Source of the DNA: an uncultured bacterium
GTDB lineage: Bacteria; Fidelibacterota; Marinisomatia; Marinisomatales; AB-629-J13
Assembly (NCBI GenBank): GCA_964433085.1
Contig: CAYSQB010000001.1
Coordinates: 16,845 to 80,844 of the forward strand
Length of the DNA stretch: 64,000 bases
Reading direction: 5' to 3'
In this document: positions 18,763 through 27,915 of the stretch, one piece after another
Position numbering within the stretch: the stretch's first letter is position 1
How the letters are laid out: every line of letters starts with the position of its first letter
The notes under the pieces: generated by a model
What the model was told of the DNA's origin: nothing
Databases searched by the model: none
Seen by the model: the letters and a program-made list of their open reading frames with translations, nothing else
Made by a program: the position numbers and the translations under genes

Positions 18763-19641
18763 TTATACAGCAGGTTGGCAAAATAAATTTTTCCCTTCAA
18801 ATTTTTTTGTACCATTGATATAGCTGTAGTATTTCCTGCATTCACAGGAAAGATATTCAATATCAATTGGTGTGAATTTTCGCTTGGCTTCCGGCCAATA
18901 AACAGACTGAAACTCAATCATTCTCTCTGCAACCTCTTGATGGTTGGAGCAGTGGAGGTGTTGCTGCAATAGATTAAGGTAGGGCTCTGCACCAATGCCA
19001 GTTGGAACTGGGCTATCAGGGCTAATCAAGTCTGGTCTAAATAGGGCTAGATCAACCAAAGCCATAAAAATAGGAAATTCATTTGTCATATTGAGTTGTG
19101 CATTGATCTTACGGTTGGCAATCATTACATCTCCCCCAGAATCAAGAATACTTTTTTCTATGAAACCAATAGATCTGGGGAACATTTCTATGCACGCTTC
19201 AATCCTGTTGAAAACTCTACCATCCCATTTGGCTGGAACAACCGGGTATACGTCTGATTGCCACGGAACTTGAACTCCCTCTATCAGAGCTTTCCTGAGT
19301 ACAGAAGGTGATTTCAAAATATCAGGTTCAAGGGCATTCAATGTGGTGTCACGATTGCACCATCGGGCAAAAAACAGTGCGTGAATCAAATCGCTCTGTG
19401 TTTCTGTTTTGTCTGCAAAACGCAAGACCGCTTTTGTGCCTTTATCGTCTTCACGAAAAACATTTAGAAATCGGCCTTTTTGAAAAACGGGATCTGAGGT
19501 CCAGGGAAACGAGTCTCCAGCTTTTCGTTTTATTCGAATACTTTCTCTTTCAATGCACCAAGTAAAAAAAGATTGAACAGGGTCGGAGATATTCAGGCCA
19601 TCCAAAGCATTTTGATATGGATGTTTGCTCTTTGTATTCAT
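18763..19641 (-). CDS. hypothetical; resembles phage-type thymidine-hypermodification family (aGPT-pyrophosphorylase / 5-hmdU kinase helical domain-like)
   Basis: WCIERESIRIKRKAGDSFPWTSDPVFQKGRFLNVFREDDKGT, ...PTGIGAEP... and C-terminal IDIEYLSCECRKY match my recollection of that family. Not verified. Confidence 0.45.
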   Translation of the reverse strand: MNTKSKHPYQNALDGLNISDPVQSFFTWCIERESIRIKRKAGDSFPWTSDPVFQKGRFLNVFREDDKGTKAVLRFADKTETQSDLIHALFFARWCNRDTTLNALEPDILKSPSVLRKALIEGVQVPWQSDVYPVVPAKWDGRVFNRIEACIEMFPRSIGFIEKSILDSGGDVMIANRKINAQLNMTNEFPIFMALVDLALFRPDLISPDSPVPTGIGAEPYLNLLQQHLHCSNHQEVAERMIEFQSVYWPEAKRKFTPIDIEYLSCECRKYYSYINGTKKFEGKNLFCQPAV

Positions 19642-19647
19642 TTTTTA

Positions 19648-21354
19648 TTAAGGCAATTGTCCCACATGAAAATTAAGTTGTAATTCCTGTCCAAAGTCTG
19701 GTTTGAATTCATGTAAAATATCACCGTTCATAGCTGTAAATTTTATTTCACCGTTTATTCCCACTTTTTCTGGAGCACTGTTTCTGTACCACCAGTGTTT
19801 GGAAATACCGTCTTCTAAATCATCTTTTAATAAAAATTGGTAGAAACCCTTTTTAAGGTCAATCTGAAAATTATATTTGGTTGAATCACTAAAAACATCT
19901 TCGGTATAAAATACAGTTCCGTTTATATCTGAAAGTGTAAATGAGTTTTCTTGTGCCCGATTTATATTATTTGTTTTTATGGATAAGGTGAATTCTTTAG
20001 GAAATACTTTTGGTAGAAGAACAGTGGTAGTAAGAAAATTATTGTAAGTATTTTCATCTTTTTGATGATTGGGGTTTTTTGTCTCAACCACAAAAGATTG
20101 ATTTTTTCTCAAACCTCTCCAGCTTGGGAGAGGGAGCACAACCTCTTCCTCCTCAAGAAACACTAAATCTCCTGACCACTGGTAAACAGATTTTCTGTTG
20201 TGTTTAAGCCCATAACGCACTTCAACAGTTTTTAGATTATATTTACCGGAATTTTTAATGATAATTCTCGGGTTGGACAAAGTAGGGTTCATTCGGCTGT
20301 GCTTGTTTTGACTGCTGGGTGTAATGATATCTATCAACTCAACATCATTTTTAAAGTTGGGTTTGCCATAACTGATAAGTTGGTGGGACATTCGAAGGGT
20401 GCCATTTTTTTCTCCATCATCGAAATATTTTTGAATACTGTAATTTAAATTGATTGAATCCTTTGGATTAACAAATGGGGTCAGCTCAAAATCGTATTCA
20501 TCAACCTTAGTACCAGGGCACCAACCCGCTCGATCAAAAGGCCAAGTCCCTCCCTGTGGATAGATGGGGTTATTTCCACAGTCCTTCCACACGTTCCACC
20601 TAAACAACTCCCATCCGTTCATGTACCATGTATGGGTTTTACTGTCCCATTCACAGCAGTTTCTGGGGCCCTCATGCCCGTGACCTGAGATCACAGACTT
20701 CAATTTGTATCCCCGAGCATTTGGGATTAAAGCAATTTTTTTATTTGTTAGAATGGAGTCATCAGCGAGCTCCCCATATTTAAAATTTCCATATGGGTAA
20801 ACATTTTCCACCTTTAAAATATTTCGTGGTGGGGTTCCTTTTATAAAATGAAATTTTATATCTAATAGTTCTTGGTTATTTCCAACAATGAGTTCACGAT
20901 TTCCTCTGAGAATAGGTGAATAATCTGTCATATCGTAGGTCCATTCCCATCCCTCTTCTCCACCAAGAAAAAGTCGTTTCCCATAGGGTGTAACAAAGCT
21001 GCCGATACTAAATGTCTCTGTGGTATCTCCACGGGGTACCTTAACAAAAGTATTCCAAATATAATCCCATTCTCCACAGGGATATTTATCTCCTTTTGTT
21101 AATGAATCACATTTTAGGGTTTGTACCATGATAATCTTTGCCCACAGTTCATCTATTTCCGGAAAATGGGCAAATGTTTTGTATGGGGCATTCCATCCCT
21201 CAGGGCTTGGAGTTTTAAAAGTGATTGGATTGATGGTAAGGGTGTCCCCCACATCCATGCCGGACAGAGCAATCGATTTTGATAGAAAACAAAATATAGG
21301 GAGAAAATATATTACGTTAAGAAATAAAATATGTGAATTTCGTTTTTTTGTCAT
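19648..21354 (-). CDS. secreted PNGase-F-like domain protein
   Basis: Signal peptide. SGHGHEGPRNCCEWDSKTHTWYMNG and FDRAGWCPG resemble the peptide-N-glycosidase F C-terminal domain, followed by additional beta-rich C-terminal domains. Confidence 0.5.
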   Translation of the reverse strand: MTKKRNSHILFLNVIYFLPIFCFLSKSIALSGMDVGDTLTINPITFKTPSPEGWNAPYKTFAHFPEIDELWAKIIMVQTLKCDSLTKGDKYPCGEWDYIWNTFVKVPRGDTTETFSIGSFVTPYGKRLFLGGEEGWEWTYDMTDYSPILRGNRELIVGNNQELLDIKFHFIKGTPPRNILKVENVYPYGNFKYGELADDSILTNKKIALIPNARGYKLKSVISGHGHEGPRNCCEWDSKTHTWYMNGWELFRWNVWKDCGNNPIYPQGGTWPFDRAGWCPGTKVDEYDFELTPFVNPKDSINLNYSIQKYFDDGEKNGTLRMSHQLISYGKPNFKNDVELIDIITPSSQNKHSRMNPTLSNPRIIIKNSGKYNLKTVEVRYGLKHNRKSVYQWSGDLVFLEEEEVVLPLPSWRGLRKNQSFVVETKNPNHQKDENTYNNFLTTTVLLPKVFPKEFTLSIKTNNINRAQENSFTLSDINGTVFYTEDVFSDSTKYNFQIDLKKGFYQFLLKDDLEDGISKHWWYRNSAPEKVGINGEIKFTAMNGDILHEFKPDFGQELQLNFHVGQLP

Positions 21355-21411
21355 ATTCTGAAGTTAAAACAAATTACTTTTACCATCAATTTTATAACCA
21401 TTTGTATAATA

Positions 21412-22176
21412 ATGCTAACAGATACACATTGTCACCTTTACTATGATTCCATAAAAAAAGATATCCAGGCGGTTTTAGCCCGAGCTGAGGAGCAGGGGGT
21501 TAGCAGATTTATTTGTGTAGGAACAAATCTGGATGATTCTAAGGAATGTCAAATTCTATCTGAAAAACACGAGAACATTTTTTTCTCAGCAGGGATTCAT
21601 CCCCATGACTCAAAGAATGTATCTAAAAAATATTTACAACACATCAGAGATTTTGTTCAATATGATAAAATGATTGCTGTTGGAGAAATGGGCTTGGATT
21701 ATTTCAGAGATTTTTCTCCAAAAGGTTTGCAAATAAAAATATTTCGTGAACAATTGGGGTTAGCTCAGGAGCTAAATAAACCTGTAATATTTCATAACCG
21801 TGATGCAGATGAAGATGTAATTAAAATTCTATCTGAATTTCCAGAGGTTATAGGTGTCGCACACTGTTTTTCAAGCAATTTGGATACAGCAAGAGTGTTT
21901 TTAGAAATGGGGTTTTATATCTCATTTTCTGGAAATCTTACATTTAAAAACAGTCTTCTTCCTGAGGTTGCAAAGGAGATTCCTTTAAATAAGATTATGG
22001 TAGAAACTGACTCACCGTTTCTCAGCCCTGTTCCTTTTAGAGGGAAGCCAAATGAACCCGGAAGAACCTTGTTTGTTGCAAAAAAACTGGCAGAAATACA
22101 TGAACTTACTTTGGAGGAGATTGCAGAGAAAACCTCAGAAAATGCTGCCAAGTTATTTAATCTTCCAAAATTATAA
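21412..22176 (+). CDS. tatD: TatD family metal-dependent hydrolase
   Basis: DTHCHL, GEMGLDY, FHNRDA and VETDSPFL motifs. Confidence 0.9.
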   Translation: MLTDTHCHLYYDSIKKDIQAVLARAEEQGVSRFICVGTNLDDSKECQILSEKHENIFFSAGIHPHDSKNVSKKYLQHIRDFVQYDKMIAVGEMGLDYFRDFSPKGLQIKIFREQLGLAQELNKPVIFHNRDADEDVIKILSEFPEVIGVAHCFSSNLDTARVFLEMGFYISFSGNLTFKNSLLPEVAKEIPLNKIMVETDSPFLSPVPFRGKPNEPGRTLFVAKKLAEIHELTLEEIAEKTSENAAKLFNLPKL

Positions 22177-22215
22177 TGGTAACTTGATAAAATCGGGGAT
22201 TAAATAATCCATATC

Positions 22216-22983
22216 ATGAATAAAAAATACACACACCCGTTCCGAAAAAAATGGGGACAAAATTTTCTTGCGGATAAAAATCTTCTAGAGAAGATTGTCA
22301 AAATGGTAGGTCCTAAAAAAGGGGATTCAATATTGGAAATTGGACCTGGAGAGGGTGCGCTGACAGAAAAAATTTTTCCCAAAGTGAAAGAAATGGCATC
22401 TGTTGAGATTGACCCGATGCTTGTGACAAAGTTAAATAGCAACTCATTTTTGAAAAAATTAAAACTCATTCATGGTGATATCCTCCTACAGGATATTAAT
22501 GATCTACCCATCTCAAATCCTGTTCGTGTGTTAGGGAATATACCTTATAATATAACCTCACCTATTGTTTTTTGGTTGATTGAGCAGTTAGACTATTGGG
22601 AGGACGCATTTATTTTGATGCAGAGAGAGGTAGCAAAACGGTTTTCTGCTCAACCTGGAAACAAGGATTACGGAAGGCTTACTGTTGTAACAGGGGCCTA
22701 TTTAAACGCTGATTATTGTTTCACAATACCACCGGATGTTTTTATTCCAAAACCAAAGGTGTATTCAGCATTTATTCATTTTACAAAGAGAGATAAACAG
22801 TTAGTTCCCGATGAAAAATATGTAAAGTTTAATAAATTGGTACGGACTGCGTTCTCCCAGCGACGAAAAATGCTGAAGAACACCTTAAAAAGTTTTGGTA
22901 TTAACCAAGGTGATTGCCCACACATTGATTTAAATAGGAGACCGGAAACGTTAACTATTGAGGAATTTGTATCCATTATTTAA
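22216..22983 (+). CDS. rsmA: 16S rRNA (adenine1518/1519-N6)-dimethyltransferase
   Basis: KKWGQNFL, EIGPGEGALT and GNIPYNITS motifs. Confidence 0.92.
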   Translation: MNKKYTHPFRKKWGQNFLADKNLLEKIVKMVGPKKGDSILEIGPGEGALTEKIFPKVKEMASVEIDPMLVTKLNSNSFLKKLKLIHGDILLQDINDLPISNPVRVLGNIPYNITSPIVFWLIEQLDYWEDAFILMQREVAKRFSAQPGNKDYGRLTVVTGAYLNADYCFTIPPDVFIPKPKVYSAFIHFTKRDKQLVPDEKYVKFNKLVRTAFSQRRKMLKNTLKSFGINQGDCPHIDLNRRPETLTIEEFVSII

Positions 22984-23071
22984 TTTTTTTATTTATTTGA
23001 ATCATTTTGCTATTTTAATGAAAATATCTTAAACTTCCCGGCTTTACTTTAAGAAGAAATAAAAGGATATT

Positions 23072-23926
23072 ATGGCAAAAGCTAGCAAGGCAATAAATGA
23101 ATCAAACCGTAGTTTGAGCCGTTATCTCGAGGAGATAGGAAAATTCGAACCCCTTCATCCAGATCGAGAAGTAGAACTGGCACAAAAGATAAAGAAAAAT
23201 GATCGTCGTGCTTTAAAAGAATTGGTAACGGCAAACCTTCGTTTTGTTGTTTCGGTAGCAAAAGACTACCAGGGACAAGGGTTACCCCTAACTGATTTAA
23301 TTAACGAAGGGAATTTAGGTTTAATCAAAGCAGCCGGAAGATTTGATGAAACAAGAGGGTTTAAATTTATTTCATATGCTGTTTGGTGGATCAGACAATC
23401 CATTTTGCAGGCCTTAGCAGAGCACTCCAGAATTGTTCGTCTTCCGTTAAATCGTGTAGGGACAATCAGTAAAATAACAAAGACAGCACAAAAAATAGAA
23501 GCAGAGATAGAACGAACACCTAATGAAGAGGAACTGGGAAGACAACTAGAAATGACACCTGAAGAAATTTTAGATGCCATGAGAATTTCCAGGCGTCATC
23601 AATCATTGAATGCTCCATTTCGTGACGGAGAAAAAAACGCCCTTCTTGATGTCATTGAAGATGAAAATCAATTATCTCCAGACACCAATCTAATGGGTGA
23701 ATCTTTAAAGGATGAAATCCGTCAATCGCTGACCACACTACAAAAAAGAGAGAGGGATGTAATAAGAATGTATTTTGGGATAGATATGGATTACGCACTT
23801 ACTCTCAATGAAATAGGCGAGGAATTTAATCTTACCCGAGAGCGTGTTCGGCAAATAAAAGAAAAAGCGATTCGCAGACTCAGGCATCGATCCAGAAGTA
23901 AAATATTGAGAACATATCTTGGTTAA
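23072..23926 (+). CDS. rpoD: primary-type RNA polymerase sigma-70 factor (short RpoD form)
   Basis: YLEEIG, regions 2-4 ([47 protein letters not shown]); 284 aa. Confidence 0.9.
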   Translation: MAKASKAINESNRSLSRYLEEIGKFEPLHPDREVELAQKIKKNDRRALKELVTANLRFVVSVAKDYQGQGLPLTDLINEGNLGLIKAAGRFDETRGFKFISYAVWWIRQSILQALAEHSRIVRLPLNRVGTISKITKTAQKIEAEIERTPNEEELGRQLEMTPEEILDAMRISRRHQSLNAPFRDGEKNALLDVIEDENQLSPDTNLMGESLKDEIRQSLTTLQKRERDVIRMYFGIDMDYALTLNEIGEEFNLTRERVRQIKEKAIRRLRHRSRSKILRTYLG

Positions 23927-23932
23927 AGGAGG
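23927..23932 (+). promoter_or_regulatory. Shine-Dalgarno AGGAGG for rpsU
   Basis: AGGAGG lies 8 nt upstream of the TTG start at 23941. Confidence 0.6.
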
Positions 23933-23940
23933 AAAAATAA

Positions 23941-24126
23941 TTGATTGAAGTAACTTTAAAAGAAGGCGAACAAATAGAACATGCCTTGAGGCGTTTTAAA
24001 AAAAAGTGGGAAAGAGCGGGTGTTTTAAGGGAATTAAGAAAAAAAGCATTTTATATTAAACCCAGCGATATCAGGCGCGTTGAGAAAGAAAAAACAATGC
24101 GTAGGGTTATAAGATTGTCACGTTAG
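23941..24126 (+). CDS. rpsU: 30S ribosomal protein S21
   Basis: EHALRRFKKKWERAGVLRELRKKAFYIKPS; 61 aa; TTG start. Confidence 0.9.
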   Translation: MIEVTLKEGEQIEHALRRFKKKWERAGVLRELRKKAFYIKPSDIRRVEKEKTMRRVIRLSR

Positions 24127-24146
24127 TTTATTGAAAAACAATTAAT

Positions 24147-24185
24147 AAAAAGGCTCGGTGACCCAACCGAGCCTTTTTAATTTTT
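24147..24185 (+). terminator. rho-independent terminator after rpsU
   Basis: GGCTCGGT (24152-24159) pairs with ACCGAGCC (24166-24173) across a 6-nt loop, followed by TTTTTAATTTTT. Confidence 0.75.
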
Positions 24186-24189
24186 AGCC

Positions 24190-25530
24190 ATGATTATTGA
24201 AAGCATTTCAGGTGTAAGGGGAGTTACACCTTCTTTTCTCACTCCAGAAACTGTCCGAAATTATGCAGCCGCTTTTCACCAACATTGCCCCTCTGGGGTT
24301 TTGTTTATAGGTAGGGACTCTCGCTCAACAGGTGATGAACTACAGGACATTGTTGTGGAGGAGCTTTCATTGTGTGGCAGAGATGTATTCGTTTGTGGAA
24401 TTGTACCTACTCCAACAATTCAATTCATGGTAGAAAATACAGAAGCAGCAGGGGGCATTGTAATTACCGCAAGTCATAATCCATCGGAATGGAATGGACT
24501 TAAATTTATACGTTCTGATGGTGTATTTCTGCACCCTGATGAATGTAAATCTTTGTATAGTTCATCCAAATTAAATCCCAAATTAAGATCAGAAACATTG
24601 GGGATGATTTTGCAGGATTCTAATGCGATACAGAAACATGTTATCCATCAAACATGCTTAAGCTGTATTGATTTAAATTCCATCCGCAATAGAAAATTCA
24701 AGGTTGTCGTGGATGCCTGCAATGGCGCTGGTTCTGAGGCACTTCCAGAAATGTTGGAAGCTTTGGGATGCGATGTAGTTACCATTCATTGCGATCCGCA
24801 AAAAGAGTTTCCCCGGGGAACAGAGCCACTTCCCGAAAACCTTAATTTGCTTTGTGAGGCCGTTAGGGAAAATGATGCAGATGTGGGTTTTGCTACAGAT
24901 CCGGATGCAGATAGATTGGCAGTAGTCTCAGAAAAGGGATTCCCATTGGGCGAAGAATATACGTTGGTTCTTTCTGCTGAAGGATTTTTAAAATCTGGAG
25001 TTGAAACAGGCAATATATTTATTGTCAATTTGTCTACATCCATTGCGCTGGAGAAAATGGTAAAACCATACGGAATAAAAGTTCATTATACACCTGTAGG
25101 TGAGGTGAATGTCGTTCAAAAAATGCTTAAAAGTGGGGCTCTCCTAGGTGGAGAAGGGAATGGAGGTATTATTTTGAAAGAGAGCCATTTAGGAAGAGAT
25201 TCATTGACCGGGGCAACATTGGTGTTGAACAGAATGTCTCAATCCAAACATTCATTGGGTAAAATTTTTTATACTCTCCCTCAGTTTTCGATTGTCAAAG
25301 ATAAAATTAGATTCGGAGGAGGGGAAATATTATCATTGAAAAATAACTTAAAAAAGCAGTTCCACGATAGCAAAATCAATGAGTTGGATGGTATTAAATT
25401 TATATGGGATAATTCATGGATTCACTTCCGAAAATCTAACACAGAACCTATACTGAGGATTTATGCTGAAGCACAAAATGAGTCTGTTGCCAATGAGCTT
25501 ATACAAAAAGCAAAAAAAGCCATTGAATAA
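24190..25530 (+). CDS. alpha-D-phosphohexomutase family enzyme, probable phosphopentomutase by context
   Basis: Active-site TASHNPSEWNGLKF, metal loop FATDPDADR and GEGNGG. Its stop directly abuts the deoC ATG. Confidence 0.85.
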   Translation: MIIESISGVRGVTPSFLTPETVRNYAAAFHQHCPSGVLFIGRDSRSTGDELQDIVVEELSLCGRDVFVCGIVPTPTIQFMVENTEAAGGIVITASHNPSEWNGLKFIRSDGVFLHPDECKSLYSSSKLNPKLRSETLGMILQDSNAIQKHVIHQTCLSCIDLNSIRNRKFKVVVDACNGAGSEALPEMLEALGCDVVTIHCDPQKEFPRGTEPLPENLNLLCEAVRENDADVGFATDPDADRLAVVSEKGFPLGEEYTLVLSAEGFLKSGVETGNIFIVNLSTSIALEKMVKPYGIKVHYTPVGEVNVVQKMLKSGALLGGEGNGGIILKESHLGRDSLTGATLVLNRMSQSKHSLGKIFYTLPQFSIVKDKIRFGGGEILSLKNNLKKQFHDSKINELDGIKFIWDNSWIHFRKSNTEPILRIYAEAQNESVANELIQKAKKAIE

Positions 25531-26430
25531 ATGACGATAAACACAAAAGATATTATTGGTACTGTTAACCAAATTGGTGCGGAGGAAAGGGTAAAAAGAC
25601 TGTTCTCAAGGAGCATCAAAAAAGAATCAAAAGTGAAGGCTTTACATTTGGTACTATCCATGTTAGATTTAACAACTCTTGAAGGAAAAGATTCTCCAGG
25701 AAAAGTTCGACAGCTATGCTATAAGGCCGCCCATCTTCATGACCGCTATCCTGATATCCCTCAAGTAGCTGCAGTTTGTGTGTATCCTAATTTAGTTAGA
25801 GTTGCGAAGGAATCTTTATTTGGAACACCCATTAGTGTTGCATCTGTTGCTACAGGATTTCCAAGCGGAATGAGTTCAATGAATGAAAAACTAGCTGAAG
25901 TTAGAAAAGTTGTGAAGGATGGAGCTGATGAAGTAGATATGGTTCTGTCAAGGGGAGAGTTTTTACGGGGGAATTTAGAATATGTTTGTGAAGAGATAGC
26001 CCAAGTCAAAAATGCCTGTGAAAGTGCCCATTTAAAAGTGATTTTGGAGACAGGGGAACTGGAGACTTTGGATAACGTGAGAAAGGCAAGTCTTTTAGCG
26101 ATGGAATCTGGAGCAGATTTTATCAAAACAAGCACTGGTAAAATTTCTCCAGCGGCAGTTCCTGTTGTTGTATTAACCATGCTGGAGGCTATCAGAGATT
26201 ACTTTCATAAAACTGGAAGGCGCGTTGGGATGAAGCCTGCAGGAGGAATTAGTAGGGCAAAGCAAAGTATTCAATATCTGGTTATGCTGAAAGAGACATT
26301 AGGTATATCTTGGTTGACTTCAGACCTGTTTCGTTTTGGTGCAAGTTCTCTAGCCAATGATGTCCTTATGCAAATAGTAAAACAAAGTGATGGTGTATAC
26401 CAATCGCTGGATTATTTTTCACTGGACTAA
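25531..26430 (+). CDS. deoC: deoxyribose-phosphate aldolase (long form)
   Basis: LDLTTLEG, VCVYP, DEVDMV, ADFIKTSTGK (Schiff-base Lys) and KPAGGI. Confidence 0.9.
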   Translation: MTINTKDIIGTVNQIGAEERVKRLFSRSIKKESKVKALHLVLSMLDLTTLEGKDSPGKVRQLCYKAAHLHDRYPDIPQVAAVCVYPNLVRVAKESLFGTPISVASVATGFPSGMSSMNEKLAEVRKVVKDGADEVDMVLSRGEFLRGNLEYVCEEIAQVKNACESAHLKVILETGELETLDNVRKASLLAMESGADFIKTSTGKISPAAVPVVVLTMLEAIRDYFHKTGRRVGMKPAGGISRAKQSIQYLVMLKETLGISWLTSDLFRFGASSLANDVLMQIVKQSDGVYQSLDYFSLD

Positions 26431-26445
26431 TTAAATGATTAATGA

Positions 26446-27912
26446 ATGAATGATGTAGTTAAAGATCCTGATAATAAATTATGGGATTATTCTCCTGCAC
26501 CGGAAAGCATGGATCATATCCATTTGGAGGAGCACTATGACCTCTTTATAAATGGGAGATTCTCCCCTCCTACATCAGGGAAATATTTTAATACTATTAA
26601 TCCCGCTACCGAAGAGGTGATAGCCAAGGTTGCCTATGCATCTAAAAAAGATGTGGATAAAGCGGTGTCCTCAGCACAAACTGCTTATGAAAAGTATTGG
26701 TCTAAATTAGACCATTCAGAACGGGGAAAATACATTTTTAGAATTGCCCGTCTTATATCTGAGAAAGCGAGAGAATTTGCTGTTATTGAATCTGTGGATG
26801 GAGGAAAACCCATTCGAGAATCGAAAGGGATTGATGTTCCATTGGCAGCAGCTCATTTTTTTTACTATGCTGGATGGGCAGATAAACTAAAATTTGCCTT
26901 TCATGGTAGGGAGCATAGTTCACTAGGTGTTGCGGGTCAAATTATTCCTTGGAACTTTCCCTTGCTCATGGCTGCGTGGAAAATTGCCCCTGCCCTTGCC
27001 ACTGGGAATACTGTTGTATTAAAACCTGCAGAAACAACCCCCCTTACAGCCCTTAAGCTTTCTGAATTAATTCAAGAGGCAGATCTACCGCCAGGCGTTG
27101 TCAATATTATTTCAGGAGATGGTGATACAGGTAAATATTTGGTGCAACATCCAGGAGTGGATAAAATTGCATTCACTGGCTCTACTGAGGTAGGAAAATT
27201 TATTCAAAAATCTTTAGCTGGTTCTTCGGTGAGATACACACTTGAGTTAGGGGGGAAAGCTGCTAATATTATTTTTGAGGATGCATCAATTGATCAAGCC
27301 GTTGAAGGAATAATTAATAGTATTTTTTTCAATCAGGGTCATGTGTGTTGTGCTGGGAGCCGACTTTTTGTACAGGAAGGAATTGCTGCTGAAATTATTG
27401 AAAAATTAAAATACAGAATGGAATCCTTGATTTTAGGGAATCCGCTAGATAAAAATACAGATATCGGAGCCATTAATTCAAAAACTCAACTGGAAAGAAT
27501 AAATGATTATGTTGATTCTGGGAAGAAAGAGGGGGGGGGGATATTTCAGACATCTTGTACTATTCCAGAAAAGGGTTTTTGGCATCGGCCTACATTATTT
27601 ACTGATATCTCACAATCTCATAAAATTGTTCAGGAAGAAATATTTGGTCCGGTATTAGCCATTCAAACTTTCCGCACTCCAAGTGAAGTGATCGAAAAAG
27701 CAAATAATACTCCCTATGGTCTATCCGGTGGAGTATGGACTGACAAGGGGTCAAAAATTTTCAAAATAACTAATGAAATTAAAGCGGGAGTTGTATGGGC
27801 TAATACTTTTAATAAATTTGATCCAACATCTCCCTTTGGTGGCTATAAAGAAAGTGGAATAGGACGTGAAGGTGGTCTTGACGGTCTGTTATCCTATGTT
27901 AATTTAATTTAA
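26446..27912 (+). CDS. NAD(P)-dependent aldehyde dehydrogenase
   Basis: FTGSTEVGK, LELGGKA (general base) and GHVCCAGSR (catalytic Cys); 488 aa. Confidence 0.92.
   Translation: MNDVVKDPDNKLWDYSPAPESMDHIHLEEHYDLFINGRFSPPTSGKYFNTINPATEEVIAKVAYASKKDVDKAVSSAQTAYEKYWSKLDHSERGKYIFRIARLISEKAREFAVIESVDGGKPIRESKGIDVPLAAAHFFYYAGWADKLKFAFHGREHSSLGVAGQIIPWNFPLLMAAWKIAPALATGNTVVLKPAETTPLTALKLSELIQEADLPPGVVNIISGDGDTGKYLVQHPGVDKIAFTGSTEVGKFIQKSLAGSSVRYTLELGGKAANIIFEDASIDQAVEGIINSIFFNQGHVCCAGSRLFVQEGIAAEIIEKLKYRMESLILGNPLDKNTDIGAINSKTQLERINDYVDSGKKEGGGIFQTSCTIPEKGFWHRPTLFTDISQSHKIVQEEIFGPVLAIQTFRTPSEVIEKANNTPYGLSGGVWTDKGSKIFKITNEIKAGVVWANTFNKFDPTSPFGGYKESGIGREGGLDGLLSYVNLI
27531..27540 (+). repeat. G10 homopolymer inside ALDH coding sequence
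   Basis: Ten consecutive G encoding E-G-G-G in frame, in a genome where G/C runs are otherwise rare. Confidence 0.95.
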
Positions 27913-27915
27913 ATC

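Noticed and set aside
25761-26180. A 139-aa minus-strand ORF inside deoC. Similar cases are 31751-32212 inside valS and 10998-11387 opposite the cNMP-binding gene.
   Set aside because: All are antisense to strongly conserved enzymes and have no motifs. They are typical long shadow ORFs.
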